Source of the DNA: a virus
Virus record (IMG/VR): IMGVR_UViG_3300045988_034716
Location: 1-27,340 of that record
Strand: one strand, 5' to 3'
Length of the DNA: 27,340 nucleotides
The translations under genes were made by a program, and so were the position numbers. Below are positions 1-7,616 of the stretch, in pieces (position 1 is the first letter of the stretch; each line of letters starts with the position of its first letter). Below the pieces are notes generated by a model that was not told the origin of the DNA, did no database searches, and saw only the letters and a program-made list of their open reading frames with translations.

Positions 1-55
1 AGATAGTGAATCTCCCTGATTGGCGCTGACGCACCGAAGCAGATTGGTGTTCCCT
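1..55. repeat. Terminal direct repeat; exact copy of 27286..27340 (circular-contig overlap or terminal redundancy)
   Basis: Window positions 1-55 (agatagtgaatctccctgattggcgctgacgcaccgaagcagattggtgttccct) are identical to the last 55 nt. The portal reading frame runs without interruption through this junction. Confidence 0.9.
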
Positions 56-728
56 TCTGCGCGTTCGGGTGCTGCGGGTTCAGCGTGAACGAGCGGTAGC
101 GACCGATGAGCAGCCTGTCTACGTTCGGAACCCACCACTCCTGCTCGTTCGTCGCCGCCCAGTCCGGGAACCTCGACCAATCCACGTCTCCCTGGATGTT
201 GCCGTCCTTCGCGACGAACGTCTTGTAGTGGTTCGCGTACGCCTTCGTTCCATCGACCGACACGTACGGCACAAGCTCGACGAGCCGCAGGAGCGTGTAC
301 CTGCTTCCGTAGCGCTCCTGCTTCTCATCAACCACGTAGATGCATGACGTAATCTGCCTGCCGTTGGCACCGAGGATTGCGAAGTCGCCAGCAGACACGA
401 TTGCGCAGTCCATGCCGCTACCGTTCCACGACGGCACCGTGATGCAGTCGCCTGTCATGAACGCCATCGACACGACGTTGACGAAGCTGTCTCTCACGAA
501 GTCTGAGCTTACGGAGTCGAGGAGCCGCGCCCTCTGCGAGCTTCCGACCACAGGCATCGTGAACTGCATCGCCATCAGGTTGGCAAGGCTCTCGCTCACC
601 ATCGCCTCGACAGAGTACTCAGTGCCCTTCTTCCCGGAGTCGCGGTATGCTTGGCTCTGCTCCATGCCCTGTATGCGCCTGTTCAGGCTCCTGGCCAGCC
701 TGTCCAGCACGCTGTTGAACAATCCCAT
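1..728 (-). CDS. Portal protein, N-terminal part. ATG at 726-728; the frame runs off the window start and continues at 27285
   Basis: RBS AAAGGAGAcgat precedes ATG (MGLFNSVLDRLARSLNRRIQGMEQSQAYRDSGKK...). My manual minus-strand translation from 728 to 1 has no stop. After joining to 27285 downward it reads ...IREIHYLTNQMHNEFGL..., which is in frame with track ORF 26616..27275. Total 465 aa. The gene sits directly after TerL. Confidence 0.75.
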   Translation of the reverse strand, partial: MGLFNSVLDRLARSLNRRIQGMEQSQAYRDSGKKGTEYSVEAMVSESLANLMAMQFTMPVVGSSQRARLLDSVSSDFVRDSFVNVVSMAFMTGDCITVPSWNGSGMDCAIVSAGDFAILGANGRQITSCIYVVDEKQERYGSRYTLLRLVELVPYVSVDGTKAYANHYKTFVAKDGNIQGDVDWSRFPDWAATNEQEWWVPNVDRLLIGRYRSFTLNPQHPNAQKGTPICFGASAPIREIHY

Positions 729-763
729 ATCGTCTCCTTTCGCATTGCCAATCACATTTTACG

Positions 764-1981
764 TCATCGCCACCGGAAGCACGACAGCTCCCGCAGCCCG
801 ACCGTCTGCACGAAGTAGCGCATTGCGTCGCAGGCGTGGTCATCCTCCTTGACAACCTCCTCTTGCCTCTTCTTGTCGTTCCAGCGGTACAGCCCGAGTT
901 CCGACAGCAGGCGCTCGCACTTGTGGCTTATCAGCAGGTCTCCCCGCTCCATCGCCGTCATGACGTTGCTGATTCCCTCTATGACGGCGTTGTCCGCCCC
1001 CCTGAAGTCCCAGTCGCCGTGACGGTGCATGCACTCCATGAACGACGACGAGGACGGGTCTATTACGACAAGCTCGACGTACTTCTTCGCCATGAACCTG
1101 CGCAGCGCCTCGTAGTGCTCCTCGTCCGTCCTGCGGTACCCATCTGCCTTCGAGTCGAAGCAGTACTCGTCCACTGCGTAGGCTTTGCCCCCCTTTACGA
1201 CCCAGTCGATTGCCACGAAGGGGTTTGTGATGCCGTAGTCGATTGAGACGTAGTGCGGGGACTTGCGCAGCTCGTCATCCGGAAGCTCGGCGCACATCGT
1301 TGACTCGCGGAAGTTCTGGTAGACAAGACCCTCCGCGAGAACCCAAAGGCCACGGATGAACCGGTCGTAGAACACGCCGGAGTACATCCTCTCGTATCTA
1401 GCTATCGTGTCATCGCTTAGCGTCGGGTTGTCCCTCATCGTGAACTTGAGCACGAGTATCCGCTTCTCCTCGGCCTTGTCGATGAAATCCCTCTTCACGA
1501 AGTGCGTAGGGTACGACGGGTTGCAGTTCCACCAGAACTTCGAGCCGTCCACCGAGCATCGGGCCATCGCCTGGTCTACGAACGAGCGCGGCATCAACGC
1601 CACCTCGTCCAGCAGGCACCCGGCTGCGGTCATGCCCTGGATGACGTCCTGCGACTGCTCAGAGCTTGCACCGAACAGCCAGTACGTGTTGGTGCCGACT
1701 TTTACGTACCCGTCCCCACGGTGGTAGTCATACGCCATGCCCATGGAACGGAGGATCCCGAGCATCGGGAGGACGACGTTCCTCGTGAGCGAGCCTATCG
1801 TCCTCCCAGCCACGATGAAGCTTCGGTGGGAGAACGTCCTCTGCGACCACAGGACGAACCCGACAATCATCGAGTGCGTCTTGCCCGAGCGCACCGAACC
1901 TTGCGCAATCACGCCGTCATACGGACAAGCGCCCGACCACCACGTGGCGAGGCGCTTTTGCTTGTCGCTGAACTCTATCAT
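764..1981 (-). CDS. terL: Terminase large subunit
   Basis: A 405-aa ORF with a Walker A-like motif (GSVRSGKTH) in the N-terminal ATPase region and an acidic nuclease-type C-terminal region. It lies between a TerS-like gene and the portal. Confidence 0.9.
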   Translation of the reverse strand: MIEFSDKQKRLATWWSGACPYDGVIAQGSVRSGKTHSMIVGFVLWSQRTFSHRSFIVAGRTIGSLTRNVVLPMLGILRSMGMAYDYHRGDGYVKVGTNTYWLFGASSEQSQDVIQGMTAAGCLLDEVALMPRSFVDQAMARCSVDGSKFWWNCNPSYPTHFVKRDFIDKAEEKRILVLKFTMRDNPTLSDDTIARYERMYSGVFYDRFIRGLWVLAEGLVYQNFRESTMCAELPDDELRKSPHYVSIDYGITNPFVAIDWVVKGGKAYAVDEYCFDSKADGYRRTDEEHYEALRRFMAKKYVELVVIDPSSSSFMECMHRHGDWDFRGADNAVIEGISNVMTAMERGDLLISHKCERLLSELGLYRWNDKKRQEEVVKEDDHACDAMRYFVQTVGLRELSCFRWR

Positions 1982-2454
1982 TCCGTCTTCCCGAGTCCGA
2001 GCGCGTCAATCCACTCCTTGATGCTCGTGTCCTGCTCCTCGCTGATTGCGACGTCCTGTCTGTCTCGCCACAGCTGCGGCTGACGGTTCTTCAGCCAGAA
2101 GATGCAGGCGGTGACGTCCGGCGCAAGCTCCCTCTCGGTCTCCTCTACCCTCTTCACCTGCGGTTGGCCATCGACAATCTCGATGACCTTCTTCGTCTCC
2201 CGCGACTTGCCGCCCATCGCCCGCTGGTACAGCGTTCGCTCTACGTCCATGTCAGCTATGTCGCGGCTCTCGTTTAGGGCGTTCGAAAACGCCTCGTCCT
2301 CCTTGGCCCACTTGTACAGCGTTGACTTCGCTACCCCGAACTCCCTCGCTATCTCCTCGGCAGTTGCGCCCCTCAGCGCCAGACCCCTCGCCCACGGGAT
2401 GTGGTACTTCGGATCGTACTTAGTCGGCCTTCCCGTCTTTGCCATGCGTATCAC
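1978..2454 (-). CDS. terS: Terminase small subunit. The true start is probably the ATG at 2445 (MAKTGRPTKYD...)
   Basis: N-terminal MAKTGRPTKY followed by an HTH-like segment (ATAEEIAREFGVAKSTLYKWAKE), about 155 aa, immediately upstream of TerL with a 4-nt overlap. Confidence 0.7.
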   Translation of the reverse strand: MIRMAKTGRPTKYDPKYHIPWARGLALRGATAEEIAREFGVAKSTLYKWAKEDEAFSNALNESRDIADMDVERTLYQRAMGGKSRETKKVIEIVDGQPQVKRVEETERELAPDVTACIFWLKNRQPQLWRDRQDVAISEEQDTSIKEWIDALGLGKTE

Positions 2455-2668
2455 CCATCATGTTCTCGAATATCTCCCACGGGCTGCTGATCTCCCCGGA
2501 CTTCATCTTGCGGTCTATGAGCGCCTTCACGCCCCTCGCCGTCGTCTCAGGTATCGCGGCCCTTCCGAACAGCTTCATGGTTGGAGTATACGCCCTGCCG
2601 TCGTACTCCCCGAACTCGCGCAGCGCCGCCCTCGCCATGGGCCGCGCTGCGGCCACGGCGTTCTTCAC
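2420..2668 (-). CDS. Hypothetical protein, 82 aa, non-ATG start. The frame is open up to about 2745
   Basis: Composition is balanced rather than Arg-rich. Its 3-prime end overlaps the TerS start. The exact start is uncertain (GTG at 2668 or ATG at 2641). Confidence 0.4.
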   Translation of the reverse strand: MKNAVAAARPMARAALREFGEYDGRAYTPTMKLFGRAAIPETTARGVKALIDRKMKSGEISSPWEIFENMMGDTHGKDGKAD

Positions 2669-2787
2669 GTCGCCGTGCTTCTTCGTTGCCTGAAGCGCCT
2701 TGACGAACGGCTCGAGCTCCTCCTCAGCAAGGACGGCCCCTTATCACGCTCATGGTCTCCATACCGGCGACGTTGCAGTGCTCTGGC

Positions 2788-3180
2788 CTAACCTCCTCCA
2801 TCGAGACGCCTCCACCCTTCCATCCCAAGAGCCTTCGAGTACTTCGTAGGCTCGTCGAGCAGGATGTACTCCCAGTGGCCTGCCTCTATCGTCGGCATCC
2901 CGTATCTGTAGCACGGCTGCTTGCTCTCGACCCACCTGAAGTGGAGCATGTTCTGGTGCGCGAGACCGTGGCATCCAGACGTGTTCCCTGAGCCGCACAG
3001 CGTTATTGTCGGCTTCTTGAGTTCCACGCCGTTGCGGTACATCTTGCCGGCGCTCCTGCGCACCACGTGATGCTGGTTCAGCGGCCACGTCGCGCCGCAT
3101 ACGGCGCACCTGCACATCTTCACTGACGGCTTCCCCATCATCGGCTGAAGCTCAAGCGCGAGCGTCGTCACCTTAGCCAC
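2788..3180 (-). CDS. HNH endonuclease, packaging-associated
   Basis: Cys/His HNH motif: CAVCG...NQHHVV...CHGLAH. It lies just upstream of terS/terL, as in cos-type siphoviruses. Confidence 0.85.
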   Translation of the reverse strand: MAKVTTLALELQPMMGKPSVKMCRCAVCGATWPLNQHHVVRRSAGKMYRNGVELKKPTITLCGSGNTSGCHGLAHQNMLHFRWVESKQPCYRYGMPTIEAGHWEYILLDEPTKYSKALGMEGWRRLDGGG

Positions 3181-3415
3181 GGCGCATCACGTACACTGTG
3201 GTGCCCTCTCGCTTGACATGAGCCTTGCCCTCGTACTCCTGACCGCCTTGCTCGAGACCGCCCTGCACGCGCTTCGCCTCGTTGACCGTCTCGCACTCCT
3301 TCGAGATGCAGGCGTCGTCCGACTCCACGAACGACTCCACAAGCAGCTCGTACCGCTCGCGCTGCGTGACCGGTGCCGCCGACGCCTTAAACCCCATGTC
3401 ATACTCGTTCATCAT
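3173..3415 (-). CDS. Hypothetical acidic protein, 80 aa
   Basis: Strong RBS AGGAGGtctcagg precedes ATG. The gene is translationally coupled to the HNH gene downstream. Confidence 0.55.
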   Translation of the reverse strand: MMNEYDMGFKASAAPVTQRERYELLVESFVESDDACISKECETVNEAKRVQGGLEQGGQEYEGKAHVKREGTTVYVMRRG

Positions 3416-3663
3416 CCTGAGACCTCCTGTAATCCGTTTTGCGGCCCGTTTGCCTCGCTTCCAGTGTGATTGTTCCTCTGTGCTGCAATCTGCCCTTGAG
3501 CCGCCTTAGAACGGGAACGGCAGCGTGCCGTGCTCCCATCCTCCGACGACGCCGAGCGCCGCGAAGAGCATCGATACCGCGATAATCGCCGCAGCCGTCT
3601 CGTGCTCCTCGGAGAACCGGTCGATTGACCACGACACCCTCCCGAGCCAGCGCAGCAGCGCGT

Positions 3664-3849
3664 CTACAACAGCTCCTGCGGCTTCTTTCGCAGCTCCTCG
3701 CACATCCGCTTGAATATGTCGGTACGAGGCTCCCTGCGCCCGTTGACGATGTTGCTCATCTGCCCGTACGAGCACCCGACCTTCCGCGCCAGCTCGTTCT
3801 GCGACATATCGCGCTCTGCCAGCGCGTCCCTCAGTGCCTGCGTGTTCAT
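3664..3849 (-). CDS. XRE-family HTH transcriptional regulator (Cro/CI-like), 61 aa
   Basis: HTH signature: MSQNELARKVGCSYGQMSNIVNGRREP. RBS AGGAGAAAtga precedes ATG. Confidence 0.8.
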   Translation of the reverse strand: MNTQALRDALAERDMSQNELARKVGCSYGQMSNIVNGRREPRTDIFKRMCEELRKKPQELL

Positions 3850-3895
3850 TCATTTCTCCTTCGTCCTTCCTGCCTTGGTGTTTACTGATGTGAAC

Positions 3896-3924
3896 ATCAT
3901 ATAACATCCGCTCACGTTTGTAAA
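3896..3924 (-). promoter_or_regulatory. Sigma70-like promoter TTTACA-17-TATGAT, upstream of the XRE gene
   Basis: On the minus strand: TTTACAaacgtgagcggatgttaTATGAT. It sits in a locally AT-rich 70-bp island between the DnaC-like gene and the XRE gene. It has the same -10 hexamer as P1-P3. Confidence 0.5.
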
Positions 3925-3926
3925 TA

Positions 3927-4712
3927 TCATTCCAAGCCAAGGTCCCTCCTCATCGCCTCGTACCTCTCCGCCGTCGCACGCTTCCTGCCGGTGTTGAACT
4001 CGACCGGTAGGCACACCTCTAGGATGCGGTTGTACGTCCTCCTCGCCGTTATGTCGGGCGTCTTGTACAGCTCCGTGCGCGTGAGGTTGGTGCTCACCAC
4101 CATCGGCATCCTCTGCCGGTACCTCCCGTCCACGACCGCGTAGACGAACTCCTGCGCATAGCTCGTGCTCCTCTCGGCACCGAGGTCGTCGAGTATCAGC
4201 AGGTCGCACGACAGCAGGCTCCTGAGCTGCTGCTCGTCGTCGAGGTTCCGCGCGATGATGAGCTGGGGAACCGACCTCATCACGACCCGCTTTCCGCCCT
4301 CTATGAGCCTGTTCGCAATGCAGCAGCTCGCGAAGGTCTTTCCCCCGTCCGGTTCCCCGAACATGAGCAGTCCGTAGTCTGCCCCGGCTGCGCACCTCTC
4401 GGCGTACCTGCGGCACACTTCCATCTGATCCTTCCCGTACCTGCCGTCGTCTGCCTCGAACGTGCACTCGCGCATCTCCGCCGACGAGAACGCGGTTCTT
4501 AGCAGCCTCTCGGTGCGAGCCTTGCGCTCGCGCTCCTCCGACTCCCTCTCCTCGCGCTCCCTCGCCTCCTCCTGGCACCTGCAAAGGCACGGCATGAGCT
4601 TTCCCTCTGCCATGACCGCCCTCGGGGTGTGGCAGTCTGGGCACATTGGGATGCCGTTCTCGACCGACAGCCCGTCCCACATGCGGTTCGATATGCTGAA
4701 TCCAAAGTCCAT
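3927..4712 (-). CDS. DnaC/IstB-like AAA+ helicase loader with an N-terminal Cys cluster
   Basis: Walker A GEPDGGKTFASCCIANRL. Walker B LLILDDLGAE. N-terminal CPDCH...CLCRC. RBS GGGGGAtagc precedes ATG. It lies directly downstream of the replisome organizer. Confidence 0.85.
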   Translation of the reverse strand: MDFGFSISNRMWDGLSVENGIPMCPDCHTPRAVMAEGKLMPCLCRCQEEAREREERESEERERKARTERLLRTAFSSAEMRECTFEADDGRYGKDQMEVCRRYAERCAAGADYGLLMFGEPDGGKTFASCCIANRLIEGGKRVVMRSVPQLIIARNLDDEQQLRSLLSCDLLILDDLGAERSTSYAQEFVYAVVDGRYRQRMPMVVSTNLTRTELYKTPDITARRTYNRILEVCLPVEFNTGRKRATAERYEAMRRDLGLE

Positions 4713-4722
4713 GCTATCCCCC

Positions 4723-5433
4723 CTAGAACGGGCAGTCGGCCATGTCTACGACAGGCGACTCGTTCACATACGCCTCGAACTTCGATGCTCGGAACAGCGT
4801 CTCCGGTCTTAGGTACGAACGCATCCTCGGGTCTTTCGACCACTGCGCGACCTTGCAGTCTATGACTGCGATGCAGTCGCTCACCGAGTACCCGTCCCTC
4901 AGCCTCGCCGCAATCGGCTTGCGCGTCGAGTCCTTCCTCGGGTTGAACCTCTTCCCCGTCAGCTCGTTGAGGTGCGCCGTTACCTCGTCCACGCCCTCCT
5001 GGATGCCGTCTTGGGGGGCTTTAGGGGGTTCTATATGGCTAGTCATCTGGTAGTCATCTGGTATAGGTTCGCCATGTGGGGCAATTTGATTTGCCCTCAC
5101 GGGCAAATGGATGTTCCCGTTACGGCAAATGCGCACCCCCTCGTCCGTGAGCGTGTACCACTTCGTCCTGTCGTATGCCGCGTCGTTGTACACACCGGCC
5201 TCGACGAGTCCCGAGTCCTCTAGCCTCTTGAGCGCCGAGCGTATCTGCTTCTCCGTCATGTACGGGAACTGCTCGGAGAAAGCCTTCACGCTGTTGTACG
5301 TCCAGAACCTCCCGTCGCGCTCGTTCTGGCTGTTCGTCGCGTTCTTCTCGACCCAGTACTCTATGTTCTTGAACAGCACCGCCGCGTTGACGCCCACCAG
5401 CTTCGCGACTTCCGAGTCGAATGCGTTAATCAT
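4723..5433 (-). CDS. Phage replisome organizer (DnaD-like N-terminal domain plus conserved phage C-terminal domain). The start is re-assigned to ATG 5431-5433
   Basis: N-terminal MINAFDSEVAKLVGVNAAVLFKNIEYW... C-terminal LNELTGKRFNPRKDSTRKPIAARLRDGYSVSDCIAVIDCKVAQWSKDPRMRSYLRPETLFRASKFEAYVNE, the conserved phage replication-protein C-terminus. RBS GGAGGAGAC precedes ATG. The longer track ORF start at 5526 would read through an upstream terminator hairpin. Confidence 0.85.
   Translation of the reverse strand: MINAFDSEVAKLVGVNAAVLFKNIEYWVEKNATNSQNERDGRFWTYNSVKAFSEQFPYMTEKQIRSALKRLEDSGLVEAGVYNDAAYDRTKWYTLTDEGVRICRNGNIHLPVRANQIAPHGEPIPDDYQMTSHIEPPKAPQDGIQEGVDEVTAHLNELTGKRFNPRKDSTRKPIAARLRDGYSVSDCIAVIDCKVAQWSKDPRMRSYLRPETLFRASKFEAYVNESPVVDMADCPF
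5036..5132 (+). repeat. Ori-like iteron element, copy A, inside the replisome-organizer linker
   Basis: AGTCATCTGGT AGTCATCTGGT ATAGGT...GATTTGCC...GGGCAAATG...CCCGT..GGCAAATG. About 80% identical to the element at 21128..21226. It encodes the inter-domain linker (..IPDDYQMTSHI..). Confidence 0.6.
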
Positions 5434-5440
5434 GTCTCCT

Positions 5441-5492
5441 CCAAAAGAAAGACCCCGCATGGCGGAGGTAACGGCTCCACCCTGCGGGGTTC
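5441..5492 (-). terminator. Rho-independent terminator on the minus strand: ACCCCGCA stem, U-tract TTTCTTTTGG
   Basis: On the minus strand: accccgcagggtggagccgttacctccgccatgcggggtc followed by tttcttttgg. It lies between the nuclease gene and the replisome-organizer RBS. Confidence 0.6.
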
Positions 5493-5543
5493 TTCGTGAC
5501 TCAAGTCTACCAAATGCCGTTACCATCCGATAGTCTCATCCTA

Positions 5544-6413
5544 TCATTTTGCTCCGAAGAGTTCGCGGTAGTGTGCGCAGAACTCGCAGGCCGCGCAGTA
5601 GTCGCGGCACTTCGGGTCGTCTCCCGGTCGGTGCTCGACGTAGAACTTCTCGCCCTCGCTCTCAGCCCTCTCGTTCGCCTCCTCCTCTGAGTCGTAGAGC
5701 TTGACCGCCGACTTGCGGCCCTCCTTCATCACCGCCCACTTGTCTGCCTTGTGCCAGCGCTCCTCCTCGGAGCACATCGGCAGCTCCTCGTCTGGCATCG
5801 ACTCCGCGAGCTTTATCTCCTCGAAGCGACCGCGCAGCCACTCGCCGCACTCCGCTATCTCGCTCTCGCTGAAGTCCCATCCGATGCGGTACACGGGATG
5901 CTGCGGATACGTATGGTCCGCCTTCGCCTTCGTCTTCGAGTGGTCTTTCAGCATTGCCACGATCTCGCCGCGCTTGGCGTCGAATCCTATCTGGCGCAGC
6001 ATCCACACGTAGCATAGCGTCTGGCGCTTCCAGTCGTCGAACTCGCCGAACACGACCTTCCACGCCGTGGCTGTCTTGTAGTCGGTCACGGTGCCCGTCG
6101 AATCGTCGTACAGGTCGAATATGCCGGAAAGCTCGTACCCGTCTCCCATATCGACGCTGAACCAATTCTCCTTGAGCTGGTCTGCCGTCTCCTGCGAGTT
6201 CTCAAGTATGCTGTGGACGGCTGTCCCGAATATCGCCCATACCATGTCAGACGCGTCCTGCTCGATTTCTGAGTCGTGTCGGCGCTGAAGGATGCTCTCG
6301 CGCACCCCCTTCATCACCGCGGTCACGCTGTAGCGCTTTGACGTGTACTTATGGTCGCTCGTCGCCGCGTCTACAAAAGGCGCTGGCAGGTTCATCTCGT
6401 TCGTGATAATCAC
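5544..6413 (-). CDS. PD-(D/E)xK nuclease, Cas4/RecB-like, with a C-terminal Cys cluster. GTG start at 6411-6413
   Basis: Nuclease motifs IFDLYDD, TDYKT (the DYKT hallmark) and a Q-x3-Y motif (QTLCY). C-terminal CRDYCAACEFC. RBS GGAGG 7 nt before GTG. The GTG overlaps the RusA stop codon as GTGA. Confidence 0.7.
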   Translation of the reverse strand: MIITNEMNLPAPFVDAATSDHKYTSKRYSVTAVMKGVRESILQRRHDSEIEQDASDMVWAIFGTAVHSILENSQETADQLKENWFSVDMGDGYELSGIFDLYDDSTGTVTDYKTATAWKVVFGEFDDWKRQTLCYVWMLRQIGFDAKRGEIVAMLKDHSKTKAKADHTYPQHPVYRIGWDFSESEIAECGEWLRGRFEEIKLAESMPDEELPMCSEEERWHKADKWAVMKEGRKSAVKLYDSEEEANERAESEGEKFYVEHRPGDDPKCRDYCAACEFCAHYRELFGAK

Positions 6414-6814
6414 TCGTCTACCTCCACTATCTCGACTGTCATGTACTCCGCTGTCCTCGTCCTCGGGTTCTTTCTGACCACAAGGCAAACGACCTGCGTG
6501 TCATCGTGCCACGCGACACCGTTAAGTGCGTCGAGTACGCTCTTCGCAACGTTGTCTGCGTCCGGCTTGTGCGTGTCAGGCTCGCTCTGGACTCGCTTCG
6601 GCGTGCTCTTCGGAAGCTCTCTGTACGTCTGAACCGTAACCATGAGCGGCCCGTCGTGCGTCTCTCCGCACTGCCTTCGGTACTCGTCAGCTATCAGCCT
6701 CTCGTACCTCTTGCCCTCCGGAGGCTGGTACGCCTGGGCGTGCCCCGCCACGACTCTGAACCTCGGGCGGGGCTTGCCGTGAACCTTGCCGACGACGATC
6801 AACCTACTCCTCAT
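6410..6814 (-). CDS. rusA: RusA Holliday-junction resolvase
   Basis: A 134-aa ORF with GKPRPRF and KPDADNVAKSVLDALNGVAWHDD motifs. Confidence 0.85.
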   Translation of the reverse strand: MRSRLIVVGKVHGKPRPRFRVVAGHAQAYQPPEGKRYERLIADEYRRQCGETHDGPLMVTVQTYRELPKSTPKRVQSEPDTHKPDADNVAKSVLDALNGVAWHDDTQVVCLVVRKNPRTRTAEYMTVEIVEVDE

Positions 6815-7214
6815 CGTCCTGCTCGGACTTCATGAGGCTGTCGATGGCCCTCTTCTTCTCGGACTCGTACACCGAACGAAGCTCTGCTTTGCACAGAAAC
6901 ACGAATTGCTCGTAGCTCATGAAGCTCGGCACCTTCTCAATCCTGCGCTTGAGCCAGTCCTCGAAACTCTCGGCAACGACTGCCCCGCCCTTGCGCTCTA
7001 CCCGCACGTCCTTCCAGTAATCGAGCGAGTCTGCGGCGAGCTTCTCGCGGCCAACCTGTAGGATTCGTGCTTTGATGCCCTCGAACGGGTCTTTCTCGGC
7101 TCTCACTGTGGCCGATTCGACCATGCATGCCCTCATCTTCGCGTTCTCGGCCTTAAGACGTGATATGCGGTCGTAAGCCTCAAGCACGCCCATCACCATG
7201 TCGTTGCGTTCCAT
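6804..7214 (-). CDS. Hypothetical protein, 137 aa, first gene of the P1 unit. Start re-assigned to MERNDMV
   Basis: The track ORF start at 7298 lies inside promoter P1. ATG 7212-7214 is preceded by the conserved leader GAAAGGCAGGAcagg that also precedes the first gene downstream of P2 and P3. Confidence 0.55.
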   Translation of the reverse strand: MERNDMVMGVLEAYDRISRLKAENAKMRACMVESATVRAEKDPFEGIKARILQVGREKLAADSLDYWKDVRVERKGGAVVAESFEDWLKRRIEKVPSFMSYEQFVFLCKAELRSVYESEKKRAIDSLMKSEQDDEE

Positions 7215-7278
7215 CCTGTCCTGCCTTTCCGCCCTTCCGGGCTTCTCGTTTCCGGGGATTCCGTTTCCCCTTGACTTA

Positions 7279-7307
7279 ATCATAGCACAATCGTTCATCG
7301 TTGTGAA
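7279..7307 (-). promoter_or_regulatory. Promoter P1: TTCACA-17-TGcTATGAT (minus strand), conserved module copy 1
   Basis: On the minus strand: TTCACAacgatgaacgattgtgcTATGAT. Near-identical copies occur at 8979..9007 and 25194..25222. Confidence 0.65.
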
Positions 7308-7316
7308 TAGTAATTA

Positions 7317-7345
7317 CGAGAAAACGGCGGGCTTGCAACCCGCCT
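7317..7345 (-). terminator. Rho-independent terminator: GGCGGG ttgcaag CCCGCC then GTTTTCTCG
   Basis: A hairpin followed by a U-tract on the minus strand, directly after the stop of the 7352..7603 gene and directly before P1. Confidence 0.6.
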
Positions 7346-7351
7346 TACGCG

Positions 7352-7603
7352 CTAATCGACAGTCGCAAGAGCCTCGCCGGTCTCGCGGTCTACGAGGCTC
7401 GTTCCGTGAATCTTGCCGATTGCGTCGTCGGGCGGATGCTCGGCCTGCCCACGATGCACGTCGAGCACGACAAGCTCGCCCACCGCCTTCGCAAGCTCTG
7501 GCATCATGCCGATGTCCTCCGGGTCAAGCTCGAACTGCATGACCGTCTTTCCTGTCTTGACGTTCATCGCGACGAAAGCCGACTTCACCGTCATGTCCTG
7601 CAT
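7352..7603 (-). CDS. Hypothetical protein, 83 aa. Start re-assigned to MQDMTVK
   Basis: RBS GAGGAtacgaag precedes ATG, immediately after the SSB stop. The longer track ORF overlaps SSB by 104 nt and has an Arg/Thr-rich N-terminus. Confidence 0.55.
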   Translation of the reverse strand: MQDMTVKSAFVAMNVKTGKTVMQFELDPEDIGMMPELAKAVGELVVLDVHRGQAEHPPDDAIGKIHGTSLVDRETGEALATVD

Positions 7604-7616
7604 CTTCGTATCCTCT

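Noticed and set aside
3506-3940. 144-aa minus-strand ORF, including a hydrophobic tail ...MLFAALGVVGGWEHGTLPFPF
   Set aside because: It overlaps the clearly real XRE HTH gene (3664..3849) in another frame and is Arg/Ala-rich upstream. The residual 3506..3635 part has only a GTG abutting GGGAGG (zero spacing) or an ATG without an RBS. I kept it only as a doubtful small membrane ORF.
7215-7298. Track ORF N-terminus MNDCAMIKSRGNGIPGNEKPGRAERQDR of the 6804..7298 ORF
   Set aside because: It lies inside and upstream of promoter P1, and its ATG sits within the -10 region. The conserved leader places the real start at 7214.
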